Assembly: GCA_900546635.1 (NCBI GenBank)
Contig: URDS01000001.1
Location: 13,306 to 77,305 of the forward strand
Origin: an uncultured Eubacteriales bacterium
GTDB taxonomy: Bacteria; Bacillota; Clostridia; Oscillospirales; CAG-272
Reading direction: 5' to 3'
Length of the DNA stretch: 64,000 nt
Shown in pieces: positions 38,480-52,520 of this stretch (its first letter is position 1; every line of letters starts with the position of its first letter). A program made the translations under genes and the position numbers. The notes beneath the pieces were generated by a model. That model saw only the letters and a program-made list of their open reading frames with translations. It had not been told where the DNA came from and searched no databases.

Positions 38480-39250
38480 ATGAGTGAGAAATATGAAAAA
38501 TTAAAGGACGCCGTGTTTGCGGTTCTCGGAAAGAAGAAACCGTTTGTCAGCGCTGTGATTTTAGCCGGCGGCGTCGGCTCGCGGATGGGCGGGGGCGAGC
38601 GCAAACAGATGCGGCTGCTGTGCGGAAAGCCGCTGATTGTGCATACCCTCCTTGCGTTTGAGCGATGCGCGTGTATACATGAAATCGTTCTTGTGGCGCA
38701 TGAGGCCGAAGTCGGCTGTTATGCCGAACTTTGCGCGCAGTACGGAATTACCAAGTTGTCTAGAACAGTCGCGGGCGGAAACACGCGCCAGCAATCGGCA
38801 AAGCTCGGTTTTGACGCTATATGCGCAGAGGCGGACTATGTCGCGCTGCATGACGGCGCGCGCGCGCTTGTCACGCCGGAGGAGATCAAAACGGTCGTGC
38901 TGACGGCGATGGCGCACGGAGCCGCAATCGCAGCGTGCCGCGCTTCCGATACCGTAAAATATGCCGAGGGGGTCTTTGTGGATCAGACGCTTGACCGTGC
39001 AAATATCTGGCTTGCGCAGACGCCGCAGGTCTTTCGGGATGAGATTTACCGCGCGGCGATCTATACGGCGGTTACGGAGGGCTTTGAAGCGACAGACGAC
39101 GCCGCGCTTGTGGAACACATCGGGATTCGAGTGCGCATTGCCGAATGCGCGGGCGGTAATTTCAAAATTACGTATCCGGAGGATTTGAGACGGGCGGAAG
39201 CCGTTCTTTCGGAGAGGGAGGCGGCGTATGCGGGTCGGACAGGGATATGA
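38480..39250 (+). CDS. ispD: 2-C-methyl-D-erythritol 4-phosphate cytidylyltransferase
   Basis: [13 protein letters not shown] motif. Overlaps ispF by 23 nt. Confidence 0.9.
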   Translation: MSEKYEKLKDAVFAVLGKKKPFVSAVILAGGVGSRMGGGERKQMRLLCGKPLIVHTLLAFERCACIHEIVLVAHEAEVGCYAELCAQYGITKLSRTVAGGNTRQQSAKLGFDAICAEADYVALHDGARALVTPEEIKTVVLTAMAHGAAIAACRASDTVKYAEGVFVDQTLDRANIWLAQTPQVFRDEIYRAAIYTAVTEGFEATDDAALVEHIGIRVRIAECAGGNFKITYPEDLRRAEAVLSEREAAYAGRTGI

Positions 39251-39695
39251 TGTGCACCGGCTTTTGCCGGGACGCCGTCTGATATTGGGCGGCGTAGAGA
39301 TTTCGTATGACCTCGGACTGCTTGGCCATTCGGATGCGGATGTGTTGCTGCACGCGGTCATGGACGCGCTGCTCGGCGCGGCGGCGCTCGGAGACATCGG
39401 GCGGCATTTTCCGGATACCGACGCGCGCTATCTCGGCGCCGACAGCTTGGCTTTGCTCGGACGTGTCGGAAAGCTGCTCTCGGAGCGCGGATATGTCGTT
39501 GTCAATATCGACGCGACCATTATTGCGCAGCGGCCGAAGCTTGCAAAATACATCGGAGAGATGCGAAAAAATATCGCCGACACGCTCGGAATCGGCGAAG
39601 AACAGGTAAATGTCAAGGCGACGACCGAAGAGGGACTCGGCTTTACGGGCGCGGGAGAGGGAATTGCCGCGCAGGCGGTTTGCCTGATTGACTAA
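39228..39695 (+). CDS. ispF: 2-C-methyl-D-erythritol 2,4-cyclodiphosphate synthase
   Basis: GQGYDVHRL and [11 protein letters not shown] motifs. Confidence 0.95.
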   Translation: MRVGQGYDVHRLLPGRRLILGGVEISYDLGLLGHSDADVLLHAVMDALLGAAALGDIGRHFPDTDARYLGADSLALLGRVGKLLSERGYVVVNIDATIIAQRPKLAKYIGEMRKNIADTLGIGEEQVNVKATTEEGLGFTGAGEGIAAQAVCLID

Positions 39696-39861
39696 TCGGG
39701 TTGCCCGCTCGGACAACCCGTATACAGTCGTTTTCCCCCACAGATTTTTGTGCGGCACATCCTTCGTTTTAATAGGCTTTTCTGTGGCGGAGCGCGTTGT
39801 TTTTGCGCTATTATCATAATATGGCGGGCTTTGTTTTGTGCCACGCCAAAAGGAGACTCAA

Positions 39862-40527
39862 ATGATGAAAATTTCACCGTCGGTTTTGTCCGCCGATCTT
39901 GCGAATTTGTATACGGAATGTGCGGAAATTGCGCGCGCCGGCGCGGATCTGATTCATCTGGATGTTATGGACGGCGCGTTTGTGCCTAATTTGACGTTCG
40001 GCGCGCCGGTTATTCGCTGGGCGCGTCCGGCGGCAAAGATTCCGTTTGACGTGCATCTGATGATCGAAGAACCGATTCGCTATCTGGACGATTTCGCCGC
40101 TGCGGGCGCGGATTCTATCACCGTACATATAGAGGCTTGCCGGGATGTCGGCGCGACGCTCGACAAAATATGCGCGCATGGGATACGCGCGGGACTTTCG
40201 GTGAAGCCTGCAACGCCGGTCGAGGCGCTGTATCCTTTTTTGGATCAGATTCAGATGGCTTTGATTATGACCGTTGAACCGGGATTCGGCGGGCAGGGAT
40301 TGATCCCGGAGACGCTGCCGAAGATCGAAGCGCTCCGCCGTGAAATCGATCGTCGCGGACTGAATGTCGAAATCGAAGCGGACGGGGGAATCCATGACAA
40401 AAATATCGGTCGTGTCGCGGCGTGCGGCGCGCAGATTTTTGTCGCAGGTTCGGCCGTGTTCGGCAAAGCCGACCGCGGCGCGGCTATCGAAGCTTTGCGG
40501 CGCGCGGCAGCGGACTTTGAAAAATAA
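39862..40527 (+). CDS. rpe: ribulose-phosphate 3-epimerase
   Basis: SVLSADLANL and HLDVMDGAFVPN motifs. ATG at 39862 after AAGGAG. Confidence 0.93.
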   Translation: MMKISPSVLSADLANLYTECAEIARAGADLIHLDVMDGAFVPNLTFGAPVIRWARPAAKIPFDVHLMIEEPIRYLDDFAAAGADSITVHIEACRDVGATLDKICAHGIRAGLSVKPATPVEALYPFLDQIQMALIMTVEPGFGGQGLIPETLPKIEALRREIDRRGLNVEIEADGGIHDKNIGRVAACGAQIFVAGSAVFGKADRGAAIEALRRAAADFEK

Positions 40528-40600
40528 GCGGTTATCGACAGGAAGAATCCTCCTGCCGACACCGCTTTTGCCCGGCGCCGCCGACAGGGGATATGCAGAA

Positions 40601-40635
40601 AATCAAAACCACCCGTGAAACGGGTGGTTTTGATT
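40601..40635 (+). terminator. terminator hairpin after rpe
   Basis: AATCAAAACCACCCG-TGAAA-CGGGTGGTTTTGATT (15-bp stem). Confidence 0.7.
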
Positions 40636-40667
40636 ACTCTTCGTGCAAAACTGCCTAAAGGCATTAA

Positions 40668-40700
40668 AACAAAAAACAGACCGCGGGTTAACGGTCTGTT
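40668..40700 (-). terminator. rpsT terminator
   Basis: Minus strand reads AAACAGACCG-TTAACCCG-CGGTCTGTTTTTTGT. Confidence 0.8.
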
Positions 40701-40721
40701 TATCTTGTTTTGCTCTAACAC

Positions 40722-40985
40722 TCAGCCAAGCTGGTTTAGCCGGATTGTAAACTGGCTCTTCTTGTGTGCGGCTGCGTTTTTGTGAATAATGTTGCGATTT
40801 GCCGCTTGGTCAATTTTCTTAACGGCCGCTTTATAAGCCTCGGTAGCCGCGGCTTTGTCGCCCGCCTCAAGCGCTGTGTTGTACTTTTTTACAAGTGTGC
40901 GCATCTGCGTTTTGAAAATCTGGTTTTGAAGCGTTTTTGCCTCAATTACCTTTACGCGCTTTTTTGCAGATTTAATGTTCGGCAA
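40722..40985 (-). CDS. rpsT: 30S ribosomal protein S20
   Basis: (M)PNIKSAKKRVKV... with a TTG start 6 nt after GGAGGTG. The listed ORF extends upstream without an RBS. Confidence 0.9.
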   Translation of the reverse strand: MPNIKSAKKRVKVIEAKTLQNQIFKTQMRTLVKKYNTALEAGDKAAATEAYKAAVKKIDQAANRNIIHKNAAAHKKSQFTIRLNQLG

Positions 40986-41078
40986 GAAGTCCACCTCCTT
41001 CAAAAAATCAGAAATATGAACACCAAGCCGGTGCCTGAGAGGGTGCACACAGCCAAGTTGACTCATTTACAGTTCAGT

Positions 41079-41107
41079 ATGATAGCATATCCTTTTTGAA
41101 AAATCAA
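41079..41107 (-). promoter_or_regulatory. rpsT promoter
   Basis: Minus strand reads TTGATT-N17-TATCAT with a TG extension. Confidence 0.5.
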
Positions 41108-41122
41108 GGGCTTTTTTGAAAA

Positions 41123-41151
41123 TGATTGAAAATATGTCTGATTTTCAATCA
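41123..41151. repeat. perfect 11-bp inverted repeat between divergent rpsT and rpoB promoters
   Basis: TGATTGAAAAT-atgtctg-ATTTTCAATCA. Confidence 0.6.
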
Positions 41152-41228
41152 AAATTTCTTATATCATGAAATCATTTTCGATTTTGAAAAATAATTTTCC
41201 GATCTTTGGAAAAAATCTGAAAACTCTA

Positions 41229-41257
41229 TTGACAAGCCGTAAAAGTAATGGTAAAAT
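41229..41257 (+). promoter_or_regulatory. rpoBC promoter
   Basis: TTGACA-N17-TAAAAT with a TG extension. About 215-nt leader to the rpoB ATG. Confidence 0.6.
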
Positions 41258-41475
41258 ATTAAACTGCATTATAATAGCTCAAATTGTGCGGATTTACCTT
41301 TTTCAGGTGGGGAAACCAGGGGAATAACGTATAAAAAATTCTTGTTTTTATGTACTTCGCATGTGCTTTTTGTCTGTTTTCCTATATGGATTTTATAATC
41401 ATAAATGATGTGTAAAATTTTCCGTGCTGTTTGGATAAATGGCGAGATATTAAATGAATGGAGTGATTCTATACT

Positions 41476-44400
41476 ATGCTCACACCCCAGAAGCTTGGCA
41501 AAAATACACGAATGAGCTTTTCTAGGGTCGGGGAGGCTATTGAAATGCCGAACCTGCTCGAGGTGCAGAAAAAATCATTCGACTGGTTCCTGAGCGAGGG
41601 ACTTCGGGATGTGCTCGACGATGTATCTCCGATCGTGGATTATTCGGGCAATTTGGTGATTGAATTTGTGGATTATACCATTGATTCAAAAACACAGTAT
41701 CCGGTTGAGGAATGCAAGGAACGGGATGTCAACTATGCAGCGCCGCTGAAAGTAAAGGTCAGGCTGACGAACAGAGAGACTGGGGAGGTAAAAGAGTCAG
41801 AGATATATATGGGCGATTTTCCGATGATGACCGAAAACGGAACGTTTGTCATCAACGGCGCGGAGCGCGTGATCGTTTCGCAGATTGTTCGCTCTCCCGG
41901 AATTTATTACGGGGACTCCATAGATAAAACCGGTAAGCATATGTTTTCCGCCACCGTGATTCCGTATCGCGGCGCCTGGCTGGAATATGAAACGGATGCC
42001 AATGACGCATTTTTCGTAAAAATCGACAAGACCAGAAAAATTCCGATCACGGTTTTGATCCGCGCGCTCGGCATAGAGTCGGATGCGGAGATTCTCTCGA
42101 TGTTCGGAGACGAGGCCATGATTACCGCAACGTTTGAGAAAGACGAGTGCGGCGCGCTGGCGGTTGAAAACAATACCACGCTCGGAGACGAGGCGCTTAA
42201 AGAGGTATATAAAAAGCTGCGTCCGGGCGAGCCGCCGCTTGTGGAGAGCGCGCAGATTTTGATTAACAATCTGTTCTTTGATCCCAAGCGCTATGACCTT
42301 GCCCCGGTCGGCCGCTATAAATATGATAAAAAATTGGATATTGCAGGCCGCCTTGTCGGGCATACGCTGGCAAAACCCGCAATCAATCCGATTACAGGCG
42401 AATTTATCTGTGAAGCGGGCGTTGCGGTTACGCGCGAAATGGCGCGCGAAATCGAGAAAAACTGCATCAACGAGGTTGATGTGGCGCTCCCGGACGGAAC
42501 GACCGCAAAAGTATTTTCCAACAATACGACCGAGCCTGAAAATCTGCTCGGCTATAGTTTGGAGGACTGCGGCATTCATGAAAAAGTGCGTACCGCCGTG
42601 CTTCTTGAAATCATGGAGCAGTGCGGCGGGGATGCGGAAAGCATCCGCGTGGAGGCGAAACGGCGCATTCATGAGCTTTGCCCCAAGCATATTACAAAAG
42701 ACGATATTTTCGCTTCGATCAACTATCTGATCAATCTGTCGCACGGCATCGGCAGTACGGACGACATTGACCATCTCGGAAACCGCCGTATGCGCTGCGT
42801 GGGCGAGCTTTTGCAGAATCAGCTTCGTATCGGCTTTTCCCGCATGGATAAGATTGTCAAGGAGCGCATGACCGTGCAGGACGGCACGGAACTGCATCCG
42901 CAGAACCTGATCAATATCCGTCCGGTTGTGACGGCGATCCGCGAGTTCTTCGGTTCCTCTCCGCTGTCTCAGTTTATGGATCAAAACAATCCGCTTGCGG
43001 AATTGACGCATAAGCGGCGTCTTTCCGCGCTGGGACCCGGCGGCTTGTCCCGTGACCGTGCGTCTTTTGAAGTGCGCGACGTGCACTATACCCATTACGG
43101 CAGAATGTGCCCGATTGAAACGCCTGAAGGTCCGAACATCGGTCTGATTTCCTACCTTGCAACGTACGCTAAGATTTCGGATTACGGATTTATTGAGGCG
43201 CCCTATCGCAAAGTCGATAAGGAGACCGGAAAAGTTACCGATATCGTGGAGTACATGACCGCGGACATTGAGGACAATTATATCATTGCGCAGGCCAATG
43301 AGCCTCTGGACGCGGAGGGGCGCTTTGTAAAAAGCCGTATTATCGCGCGTGAGCGTTCCGAGATTCTCGAAGTGGACGCGGCGGATGTGGACTACGTGGA
43401 TGTCTCGCCGAAGATGCTTGTTTCTGTAGCTACGGCGATGATTCCGTTCCTTGAAAACGATGACAATACCCGTGCGCTGATGGGCTCCAATATGCAGAAG
43501 CAGGCGGTGCCGCTGATGGTATCCGAAGCGCCTGTTGTCGGCACCGGTATGGAGTATAAAGCTGCAATTGATTCAGGCGTGGTCGTTTTGGCAAAGTCCG
43601 CCGGAGTCGTAGAGCGTGTCACTGCGGATGAAATCGTAATCCGCACGGAGAGCGGCGCGAAAGAAGCCTATCACCTGATTAAATTCAAGCGCTCCAACCA
43701 GGGCACCTGCATCAATCAAAGACCGACGGTCAGCGAGGGCGAACAGGTGGAGAAGGGGCAGGTCATTGCGGACGGCCCGGCGACTTCCGAGGGGGAGATC
43801 GCGCTCGGCAAAAACGCGCTGATCGGCTTTATGACCTGGGAAGGCTATAACTACGAGGACGCCGTTCTTTTGAACGAGCGCCTGGTGCGCGATGACGTAT
43901 ACACTTCTATTCATATAGAAGAATATACGCATGAAGCGCGCGATACAAAGCTCGGAGAGGAAATCATTACGCGGGAAATTCCCAACGTCGGCGACGATGT
44001 TCTGAAAGATCTGAATGCGGACGGTATCGTCAAGATCGGTACCGAGGTGCGCGCCGGCGATATTCTGGTCGGTAAAGTTACGCCGAAAGGCGAGACCGAA
44101 CTCACCGCAGAGGAACGCCTGCTGCGTGCGATTTTCGGCGAAAAGGCGCGCGAGGTGCGCGATACCTCTTTGCGTGTTCCGCATGGTGAAAGCGGTATTG
44201 TTGTGGATGTCAAAGTGTTTTCAAGAGACAACCAGGACGATTTGCCGCCCGGAGTCAATAAAGTGGTTCGCGTATATATAGCCCAGAAGAGAAAAATCTC
44301 CGTCGGCGATAAGATGGCAGGCCGCCATGGCAACAAGGGCGTTGTTTCGCGTATTCTTCCGCCGGAAGATATGCCGTTCCTTGCGGACGGTACGCCGCTC

Positions 44401-45357
44401 GATATCGTTTTGAACCCGCTGGGCGTTCCGTCGCGTATGAATATCGGTCAGGTGCTGGAAGTGCATCTCGGCCGCGCGGCAAAAGAACTCGGCATCAAAG
44501 TGATGACGCCGGCATTTGACGGTGCAAGCGAAAGAGATATTCTCGACTGCATGAAGAAAGCGGGACTTTGCCGCGAGATTCGCCCGAACGAGAATATCGA
44601 GGGTAAGGACGCTGTTGAACTGGTTTACAATCCGGAAACCGGCAAAAACGAGTGCGTCAGTGTGGATAAGCAGAAAGAGCCCGAAAAGTATGAAAAGCTG
44701 CTTTCCGAGGGCAAACTGTATGTCGTTGACGGAAAGACGACGCTGTATGACGGCCGTACCGGAGAGGCGTTTGACAATCCTGTTACGGTGGGCTACATGT
44801 ATTACCTGAAACTGCACCACCTTGTCGATGATAAGATTCATGCCCGTTCGACCGGCCCGTACTCGCTGGTCACGCAGCAGCCGCTCGGCGGTAAGGCGCA
44901 GTTCGGCGGACAACGTTTCGGCGAAATGGAAGTTTGGGCGCTGGAGGCTTACGGCGCAGCGTATACGCTTCAGGAAATCTTAACGGTCAAGAGCGACGAT
45001 GTTACCGGACGTGTAAAGACCTATGAGGCGATTGTACAGGGACAGAATATCCCGACGCCAGGCGTGCCCGAGTCCTTTAAGGTACTGGTCAAGGAACTTC
45101 AGTCTCTGGCGCTTGATGTTCGCGTTTTGGATAAAGAGGGCAATGAGATCGAACTGGCTAAGATCGGCGAGGAAGAGCTTGAAACGCCTAATTATGTCAG
45201 CCCGATTGAAGACGATGATGTAATCAGCGCTTCCGATGTCGGCGAGTCGGTTCAGACAGACGACCTTTTCGATTCCTACACGGAGGAAGAAGATGAGGAA
45301 GACGACATCAGCGGATTCTTTGCCGAGGATGCGGATGACGATTCTTTTGATATCTGA
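41476..45357 (+). CDS. rpoB: DNA-directed RNA polymerase subunit beta
   Basis: 1293 aa with conserved blocks, e.g. [19 protein letters not shown], and [39 protein letters not shown]. Confidence 0.97.
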   Translation: MLTPQKLGKNTRMSFSRVGEAIEMPNLLEVQKKSFDWFLSEGLRDVLDDVSPIVDYSGNLVIEFVDYTIDSKTQYPVEECKERDVNYAAPLKVKVRLTNRETGEVKESEIYMGDFPMMTENGTFVINGAERVIVSQIVRSPGIYYGDSIDKTGKHMFSATVIPYRGAWLEYETDANDAFFVKIDKTRKIPITVLIRALGIESDAEILSMFGDEAMITATFEKDECGALAVENNTTLGDEALKEVYKKLRPGEPPLVESAQILINNLFFDPKRYDLAPVGRYKYDKKLDIAGRLVGHTLAKPAINPITGEFICEAGVAVTREMAREIEKNCINEVDVALPDGTTAKVFSNNTTEPENLLGYSLEDCGIHEKVRTAVLLEIMEQCGGDAESIRVEAKRRIHELCPKHITKDDIFASINYLINLSHGIGSTDDIDHLGNRRMRCVGELLQNQLRIGFSRMDKIVKERMTVQDGTELHPQNLINIRPVVTAIREFFGSSPLSQFMDQNNPLAELTHKRRLSALGPGGLSRDRASFEVRDVHYTHYGRMCPIETPEGPNIGLISYLATYAKISDYGFIEAPYRKVDKETGKVTDIVEYMTADIEDNYIIAQANEPLDAEGRFVKSRIIARERSEILEVDAADVDYVDVSPKMLVSVATAMIPFLENDDNTRALMGSNMQKQAVPLMVSEAPVVGTGMEYKAAIDSGVVVLAKSAGVVERVTADEIVIRTESGAKEAYHLIKFKRSNQGTCINQRPTVSEGEQVEKGQVIADGPATSEGEIALGKNALIGFMTWEGYNYEDAVLLNERLVRDDVYTSIHIEEYTHEARDTKLGEEIITREIPNVGDDVLKDLNADGIVKIGTEVRAGDILVGKVTPKGETELTAEERLLRAIFGEKAREVRDTSLRVPHGESGIVVDVKVFSRDNQDDLPPGVNKVVRVYIAQKRKISVGDKMAGRHGNKGVVSRILPPEDMPFLADGTPLDIVLNPLGVPSRMNIGQVLEVHLGRAAKELGIKVMTPAFDGASERDILDCMKKAGLCREIRPNENIEGKDAVELVYNPETGKNECVSVDKQKEPEKYEKLLSEGKLYVVDGKTTLYDGRTGEAFDNPVTVGYMYYLKLHHLVDDKIHARSTGPYSLVTQQPLGGKAQFGGQRFGEMEVWALEAYGAAYTLQEILTVKSDDVTGRVKTYEAIVQGQNIPTPGVPESFKVLVKELQSLALDVRVLDKEGNEIELAKIGEEELETPNYVSPIEDDDVISASDVGESVQTDDLFDSYTEEEDEEDDISGFFAEDADDDSFDI

Positions 45358-45451
45358 CGCGGGCGTTGCACTGCGAAACGGCACTTGGCTGCAAGTGCGA
45401 AATTCAAAGGAGAGGTGCTTTTGCATTTCGCAAAAGAGGTAATATAAATCG

Positions 45452-48400
45452 ATGGATAATGTATTTGATTCTATAAAAATCGGTCTTGCGTCTCCGGAAA
45501 TGATTCGTTCATGGTCCCACGGCGAGGTAACCAAGCCCGAAACCATCAATTACAGAACGCTCAAAGCTGAAAAGGACGGCCTTTTCTGCGAGCGTATATT
45601 CGGGCCTACCAAGGACTGGGAGTGCCTGTGCGGCAAATATAAGCGGGTTCGCCACAAAGGCAAGATCTGCGAAAAATGCGGCGTTGAGGTCACCACGAAA
45701 AAGGTTCGCCGTGAGCGCATGGGGCATATTGAATTGGCGGCGCCGGTGTCGCACATTTGGTATTTCCGCGCGATCCCGTCCCGGATCGGTCTTTTGCTGG
45801 ATATTACGCCCCGAAATTTGGAGCGCGTGCTCTATTTCGCGCAGTATATCGTGATTGATCCGGGTTCTACGCCGCTTGAAAAGAAACAGCTTCTCAATGA
45901 GCAGGAATATAACAACTGGTATGAGCGCTATGAGGACGATTTCCGCGTCGGCATGGGAGCGGAAGCAATTAAGGAGTTGCTTTCCGAGATTGATCCGGAA
46001 CAGCTTGCGGCACAACTCCGCGAGGAGCTTGCGCATGCAAACGGTCAGAAAAAGCTGAAAATTATCAAGCGGCTGGAGGTTGTCGAGGCGTTCCGCCTTT
46101 CGGGCAACCGTCCGGAATGGATGATTTTGGACGTGATTCCCGTGCTTCCGCCTGAGATTCGCCCGATGGTTCAGCTTGACGGCGGCAGATTTGCGTCTTC
46201 CGACTTGAATGATTTGTATCGCCGCGTGATAAACCGGAATAATCGCTTGAAAAAGCTGATGGAGCTTCGCGCGCCGGAGATCATTATTCGGAATGAGAAG
46301 CGTATGCTGCAGGAAGCGGTGGATGCGCTGATTGACAACGGACGCCGCGGCAAAGCGGTAACCGGTCCGTCCAATCGCGCGCTCAAGTCGCTTTCCGAAA
46401 TGCTGCGCGGTAAGCAGGGACGCTTCCGTCAGAACCTGCTCGGTAAGCGTGTGGACTATTCCGGCCGTTCGGTTATCGTTGTCGGCCCCGATTTGAAGAT
46501 TTTTCAGTGCGGTCTGCCGAAAGAAATGGCGCTGGAGCTTTTCAAGCCTTTTGTTATGAAACGGCTTGTAGAAACGCAAAAAGCGGCCAATATTAAGGAA
46601 GCAAAGAAAAAAGTAGACAAGGTATTCCCAGAGGTATGGGATGCGCTTGAAAATGTAATCAAGGAACACCCGGTGCTTTTGAACCGCGCGCCCACGCTGC
46701 ACAGACTGTCGATTCAGGCGTTTGAACCTGTGCTGGTCGAGGGACGTGCGATTAAGCTGCATCCGCTCGTTTGCTCTGCGTTTAACGCGGACTTCGACGG
46801 CGACCAGATGCCGGTGCATGTGCCGCTGTCTGCCGAGGCGCAGGCGGAGGCGCGTTTCCTGATGCTTTCTGCCAATAACCTTTTGAAGCCTGCCGACGGA
46901 CGCGCCGTGACTGTTCCCTCTCAGGACATGATTCTCGGTTCGTATTATTTGACCATTGTGAATGAAAAAGAGATGGGCGCCGGCAGAGTATTCCGTGATA
47001 TGGACGAGGCGGAGATGGCCTATGCAAACGGTCAACTCGGTCTGCATGCGCCGATTCGCGTTCGCGTTGAAAAAGAAATCGACGGCGTTGTGCATTCCGG
47101 CATTATCGACGCGACGCTCGGCCGTCTGATTTTCAATCAGCAGATTCCGCAGAATCTCGGATATGTTGACCGCAGCGATCCCGATACGATGCTGAATCTT
47201 GAGGTCTCGTTTGTAACCAAGAAAAAACAGCTTGGCAATATCATTGACAACTGCATCAAAAAGAACGGCATTACCGTTACGGCGCAGATGCTGGATAACA
47301 TCAAAGCGACCGGATTTAAGTATTCCACGAAGAGCGGTATTTCAATATCGGTTTACGATATGACGATTCCGCCTGAGAAATACACCAAAGTGGCGGAGGC
47401 CGAAAAGAAGATCGGCATTGTCACGGAGCACTTCCAGAGCGGCGAGCTTTCCGATGAGGAACGCTATAACAATGTTATCAAGATCTGGGAGCAGACAACG
47501 GATGAGGTTACCAACGCGCTTTCCGAAGGATTCGATCAGTTCAACTCTATTAAGATGATGATCGATTCCGGTGCGCGCGGTAATGCCAGCCAGCTTCGTC
47601 AGCTTGCGGGTATGCGCGGTCTTATGTTCGCAACCAACGGTAAAACGATGGAAATTCCGATCAAATCGAATTTCCGTGAGGGCCTGAACAATCTGGAGTA
47701 TTTTATCGGCGCGAGAGGTTCGCGTAAGAGCCTTTCCGATACGGCGCTGCGTACGGCAGACTCGGGTTATCTTACCCGCCGTCTGGTCGATGTATCGCAG
47801 CAGGTTATCATTCGTGAAGCGGACTGCGGCACAACGGAGGGCGTCATTGTCAGCGATATTCGTGACGGCGATGAAATCATTGAGCCGCTGAGAGACAGAC
47901 TGGTTGGCCGGTATTCGCTGGAAGATGTAGTATCGCCGGTCACCGGCAATATCATCATCCGGTGCGGCGATCTGATTTCGGAGGATCAGGCGGCTGAGGC
48001 GGAACGCAGCGGCGTTGAACAGGTTAACGTTCGCTCGATCTTGCGCTGCCGCGCGAAGCGCGGTGTCTGCGCGCATTGCTACGGCGCGGATTTGGCATCC
48101 GGCAAGGAAGTCAATGTCGGCGAAGCGGTCGGTATTATTGCGGCGCAGTCTATCGGAGAACCCGGTACGCAGCTTACCATGCGTACATTCCATACAGGCG
48201 GTATCGCCGGTTCGGATATTACGCAGGGTCTGCCGCGTGTCGAAGAGCTTTTGGAAGCGCGTCGTCCCAAAAAGGCAGCGATCATCGCGGAATGCGCCGG
48301 CGTGGTTCGTATGCAGGAAAGCAAGAACATGCGCAATGTCGTGGTGACTTCGGATGAGACGGGTGAGGAATTCGCTTATCCGGTGCCGTTCGGAATCCGC

Positions 48401-49009
48401 ATTATTGTGGAAGAAGGACAGCGGGTTGCACTTGGTCAGGCGCTGACCGAGGGCAATAAGGCGCCGGCTGATATTCTGAAAGTAAACGGTATTGAGGCTG
48501 TATATGATTACATCATTCGTGAAGTACAGCGCGTATACCGTCTGCAAGCCGTTGAAATCAATGACAAGCATATCGAAATTATTGCACGTCAGATGACCAG
48601 AAAGATTAAGGTGGAGGATGCCGGCGATACGGATCTGCTGCTTGGTTCCAATGTGGACGCACTGGAGTTTACCGAAGCCAACGAGCGTGTTGAAGCGCGC
48701 ATCGCAGCCGGTGATAAAACGCTGAGCCTGGCTGTGGGTACACCGATGCTTCTCGGTATCACGAAAGCGGCACTGATGACCGAGTCGTTCCTCAGCGCGG
48801 CTTCGTTCCAGGAAACAACCAAGGTTCTGACCGAGGCGGCGATTCGCGGTAAGGTCGATCATTTGCAGGGACTTAAGGAGAATGTAATTATCGGCAAATT
48901 GATCCCGGCCGGAACCGGTCTTGCGCAATACAACGATATTGAGGTTGTTTCGGCGGAAACCCCGGCGCTTTTTGAAGAAGAATTTGAAACAGAGGCAATC
49001 GCCGAATAA
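45452..49009 (+). CDS. rpoC: DNA-directed RNA polymerase subunit beta'
   Basis: 1185 aa with the NADFDGDQM catalytic motif and an N-terminal Zn-binding Cys cluster. Confidence 0.97.
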   Translation: MDNVFDSIKIGLASPEMIRSWSHGEVTKPETINYRTLKAEKDGLFCERIFGPTKDWECLCGKYKRVRHKGKICEKCGVEVTTKKVRRERMGHIELAAPVSHIWYFRAIPSRIGLLLDITPRNLERVLYFAQYIVIDPGSTPLEKKQLLNEQEYNNWYERYEDDFRVGMGAEAIKELLSEIDPEQLAAQLREELAHANGQKKLKIIKRLEVVEAFRLSGNRPEWMILDVIPVLPPEIRPMVQLDGGRFASSDLNDLYRRVINRNNRLKKLMELRAPEIIIRNEKRMLQEAVDALIDNGRRGKAVTGPSNRALKSLSEMLRGKQGRFRQNLLGKRVDYSGRSVIVVGPDLKIFQCGLPKEMALELFKPFVMKRLVETQKAANIKEAKKKVDKVFPEVWDALENVIKEHPVLLNRAPTLHRLSIQAFEPVLVEGRAIKLHPLVCSAFNADFDGDQMPVHVPLSAEAQAEARFLMLSANNLLKPADGRAVTVPSQDMILGSYYLTIVNEKEMGAGRVFRDMDEAEMAYANGQLGLHAPIRVRVEKEIDGVVHSGIIDATLGRLIFNQQIPQNLGYVDRSDPDTMLNLEVSFVTKKKQLGNIIDNCIKKNGITVTAQMLDNIKATGFKYSTKSGISISVYDMTIPPEKYTKVAEAEKKIGIVTEHFQSGELSDEERYNNVIKIWEQTTDEVTNALSEGFDQFNSIKMMIDSGARGNASQLRQLAGMRGLMFATNGKTMEIPIKSNFREGLNNLEYFIGARGSRKSLSDTALRTADSGYLTRRLVDVSQQVIIREADCGTTEGVIVSDIRDGDEIIEPLRDRLVGRYSLEDVVSPVTGNIIIRCGDLISEDQAAEAERSGVEQVNVRSILRCRAKRGVCAHCYGADLASGKEVNVGEAVGIIAAQSIGEPGTQLTMRTFHTGGIAGSDITQGLPRVEELLEARRPKKAAIIAECAGVVRMQESKNMRNVVVTSDETGEEFAYPVPFGIRIIVEEGQRVALGQALTEGNKAPADILKVNGIEAVYDYIIREVQRVYRLQAVEINDKHIEIIARQMTRKIKVEDAGDTDLLLGSNVDALEFTEANERVEARIAAGDKTLSLAVGTPMLLGITKAALMTESFLSAASFQETTKVLTEAAIRGKVDHLQGLKENVIIGKLIPAGTGLAQYNDIEVVSAETPALFEEEFETEAIAE

Positions 49010-49013
49010 ACTG

Positions 49014-49050
49014 TATACGGCCTCGCCGCTTGCTGCGGTGAGGCCGTATA
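49014..49050 (+). other. 16-bp GC-rich stem-loop after rpoC without U-tract
   Basis: TATACGGCCTCGCCGC-TTGCT-GCGGTGAGGCCGTATA. It may be an RNA-stabilising or partial termination structure. Confidence 0.5.
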
Positions 49051-49169
49051 ACCTTGGTAATTCCGATGTTTTTAATGTGAGAATGTGCAGATTGTGCGAT
49101 GGGCGGTATGCCATTTTCGCGGGAATAGAGAAAACTGATTAAAAAGTATGCAAAACGGGGCAAAATCTA

Positions 49170-49198
49170 TTGACAAATTTGCTTTTGAATGCTATAAT
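49170..49198 (+). promoter_or_regulatory. str operon promoter
   Basis: Consensus TTGACA-N17-TATAAT. Confidence 0.7.
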
Positions 49199-49307
49199 GT
49201 AGTGTATTTTGGCGGCGATTACGCTGCTGAATGCATACAGCTTCGCAGGGAATCAAAACCTCGTTGCCGTATATAAACACTTATATTTTTAAAGAAGGAG
49301 GAAAAGT

Positions 49308-49721
49308 ATGCCAACCTTTAATCAACTCGTTAAGAATGGCCGCACCAAATCGGTTTACAAATCGAAAGCGCCGGTTCTTCAACAGGGCTTCAACACATTG
49401 AAGAATCAAGCGACCGATCAAAGTTCTCCGCAAAAGCGCGGTGTGTGCACGAAAGTGACAACAACCACGCCGAAAAAGCCGAACTCTGCGCTTCGTAAGA
49501 TTGCCAGAGTCAGATTGACAAACGGTATGGAAGCTACCACGTACATTCCCGGCATCGGTCACAATCTTCAGGAACACTCTGTTGTACTGATCCGAGGCGG
49601 AAGAGTTCGTGACCTGCCTGGCTGCCGTTATCACATCATTCGCGGTACATTGGATACGCAAGGGGTTGCCAACCGCAATCAGGGGCGTTCCAAATACGGC
49701 GCCAAGCGTCCGAAGAAGTAA
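49308..49721 (+). CDS. rpsL: 30S ribosomal protein S12
   Basis: [12 protein letters not shown]...[10 protein letters not shown]. Confidence 0.97.
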   Translation: MPTFNQLVKNGRTKSVYKSKAPVLQQGFNTLKNQATDQSSPQKRGVCTKVTTTTPKKPNSALRKIARVRLTNGMEATTYIPGIGHNLQEHSVVLIRGGRVRDLPGCRYHIIRGTLDTQGVANRNQGRSKYGAKRPKK

Positions 49722-49881
49722 AAAATACTTCTTGCAAATTGTGGTACAGTTTGTGCCGTCAAACGAGTGCGTAATATAAATGTTTATGTACAGCTATAAT
49801 ACACACCTTGGACGAGCGCTGACGGATTTATGCAAATTCGAGTACCGATGAGATTCATTTTTTATGAAGGAGGGAAGGAAA

Positions 49882-50352
49882 GTGCCTAGAAGAGGTCAAA
49901 TTTCCAAGAGAGACGTATTGCCGGATCCTGTGTACAACTCCAAGCTTGTCACCAAACTGATCAATAACATCATGTATGACGGCAAGAAAGGCGTGGCGCA
50001 GAAGATCGTATACGAGGCGTTTTCGATTATCGAAGCCAAGGAAAGCAAGAGTCCTCTCGAAGTATTTACGGAAGCTCTTGAAAATGTCATGCCTGTACTG
50101 GAGGTTAAAGCTCGCCGTGTCGGCGGTTCTACCTATCAGGTTCCTATGGAAGTCAGAGCCGAGAGAAGACAGACGCTCGGTCTGCGCTGGCTGACATCTT
50201 TTTCGAGAAACCGCAGTGAAAGAACCATGGCAGAGAAGCTTGCGGCTGAAATCATCGACGCGAAGAACAGCGCTGGTGGAGCGTTCAAGAAAAAAGAAGA
50301 AACGCATAGAATGGCAGAGGCAAACAAGGCTTTTGCGCATTACAGATATTAA
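49882..50352 (+). CDS. rpsG: 30S ribosomal protein S7
   Basis: GTG start giving (M)[19 protein letters not shown], after GGAGGG. The listed ORF starts 6 codons upstream. Confidence 0.95.
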   Translation: MPRRGQISKRDVLPDPVYNSKLVTKLINNIMYDGKKGVAQKIVYEAFSIIEAKESKSPLEVFTEALENVMPVLEVKARRVGGSTYQVPMEVRAERRQTLGLRWLTSFSRNRSERTMAEKLAAEIIDAKNSAGGAFKKKEETHRMAEANKAFAHYRY

Positions 50353-50372
50353 GCCGCTAAAGGAGACACAAA

Positions 50373-52454
<2,082 letters not shown>

Positions 52455-52520
52455 TACTTTCCCGGTATCGGCCGGAAAAACTATATTTTTATAATCATTA
52501 TTTTTAGGAGGATATTAAAA

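Noticed and set aside
45180-45357. Highly acidic C-terminal tail of RpoB ([24 protein letters not shown]).
   Set aside because: Acidic C-terminal tails occur in other Firmicute RpoB proteins (e.g. B. subtilis, as I recall), so I do not consider it unusual.
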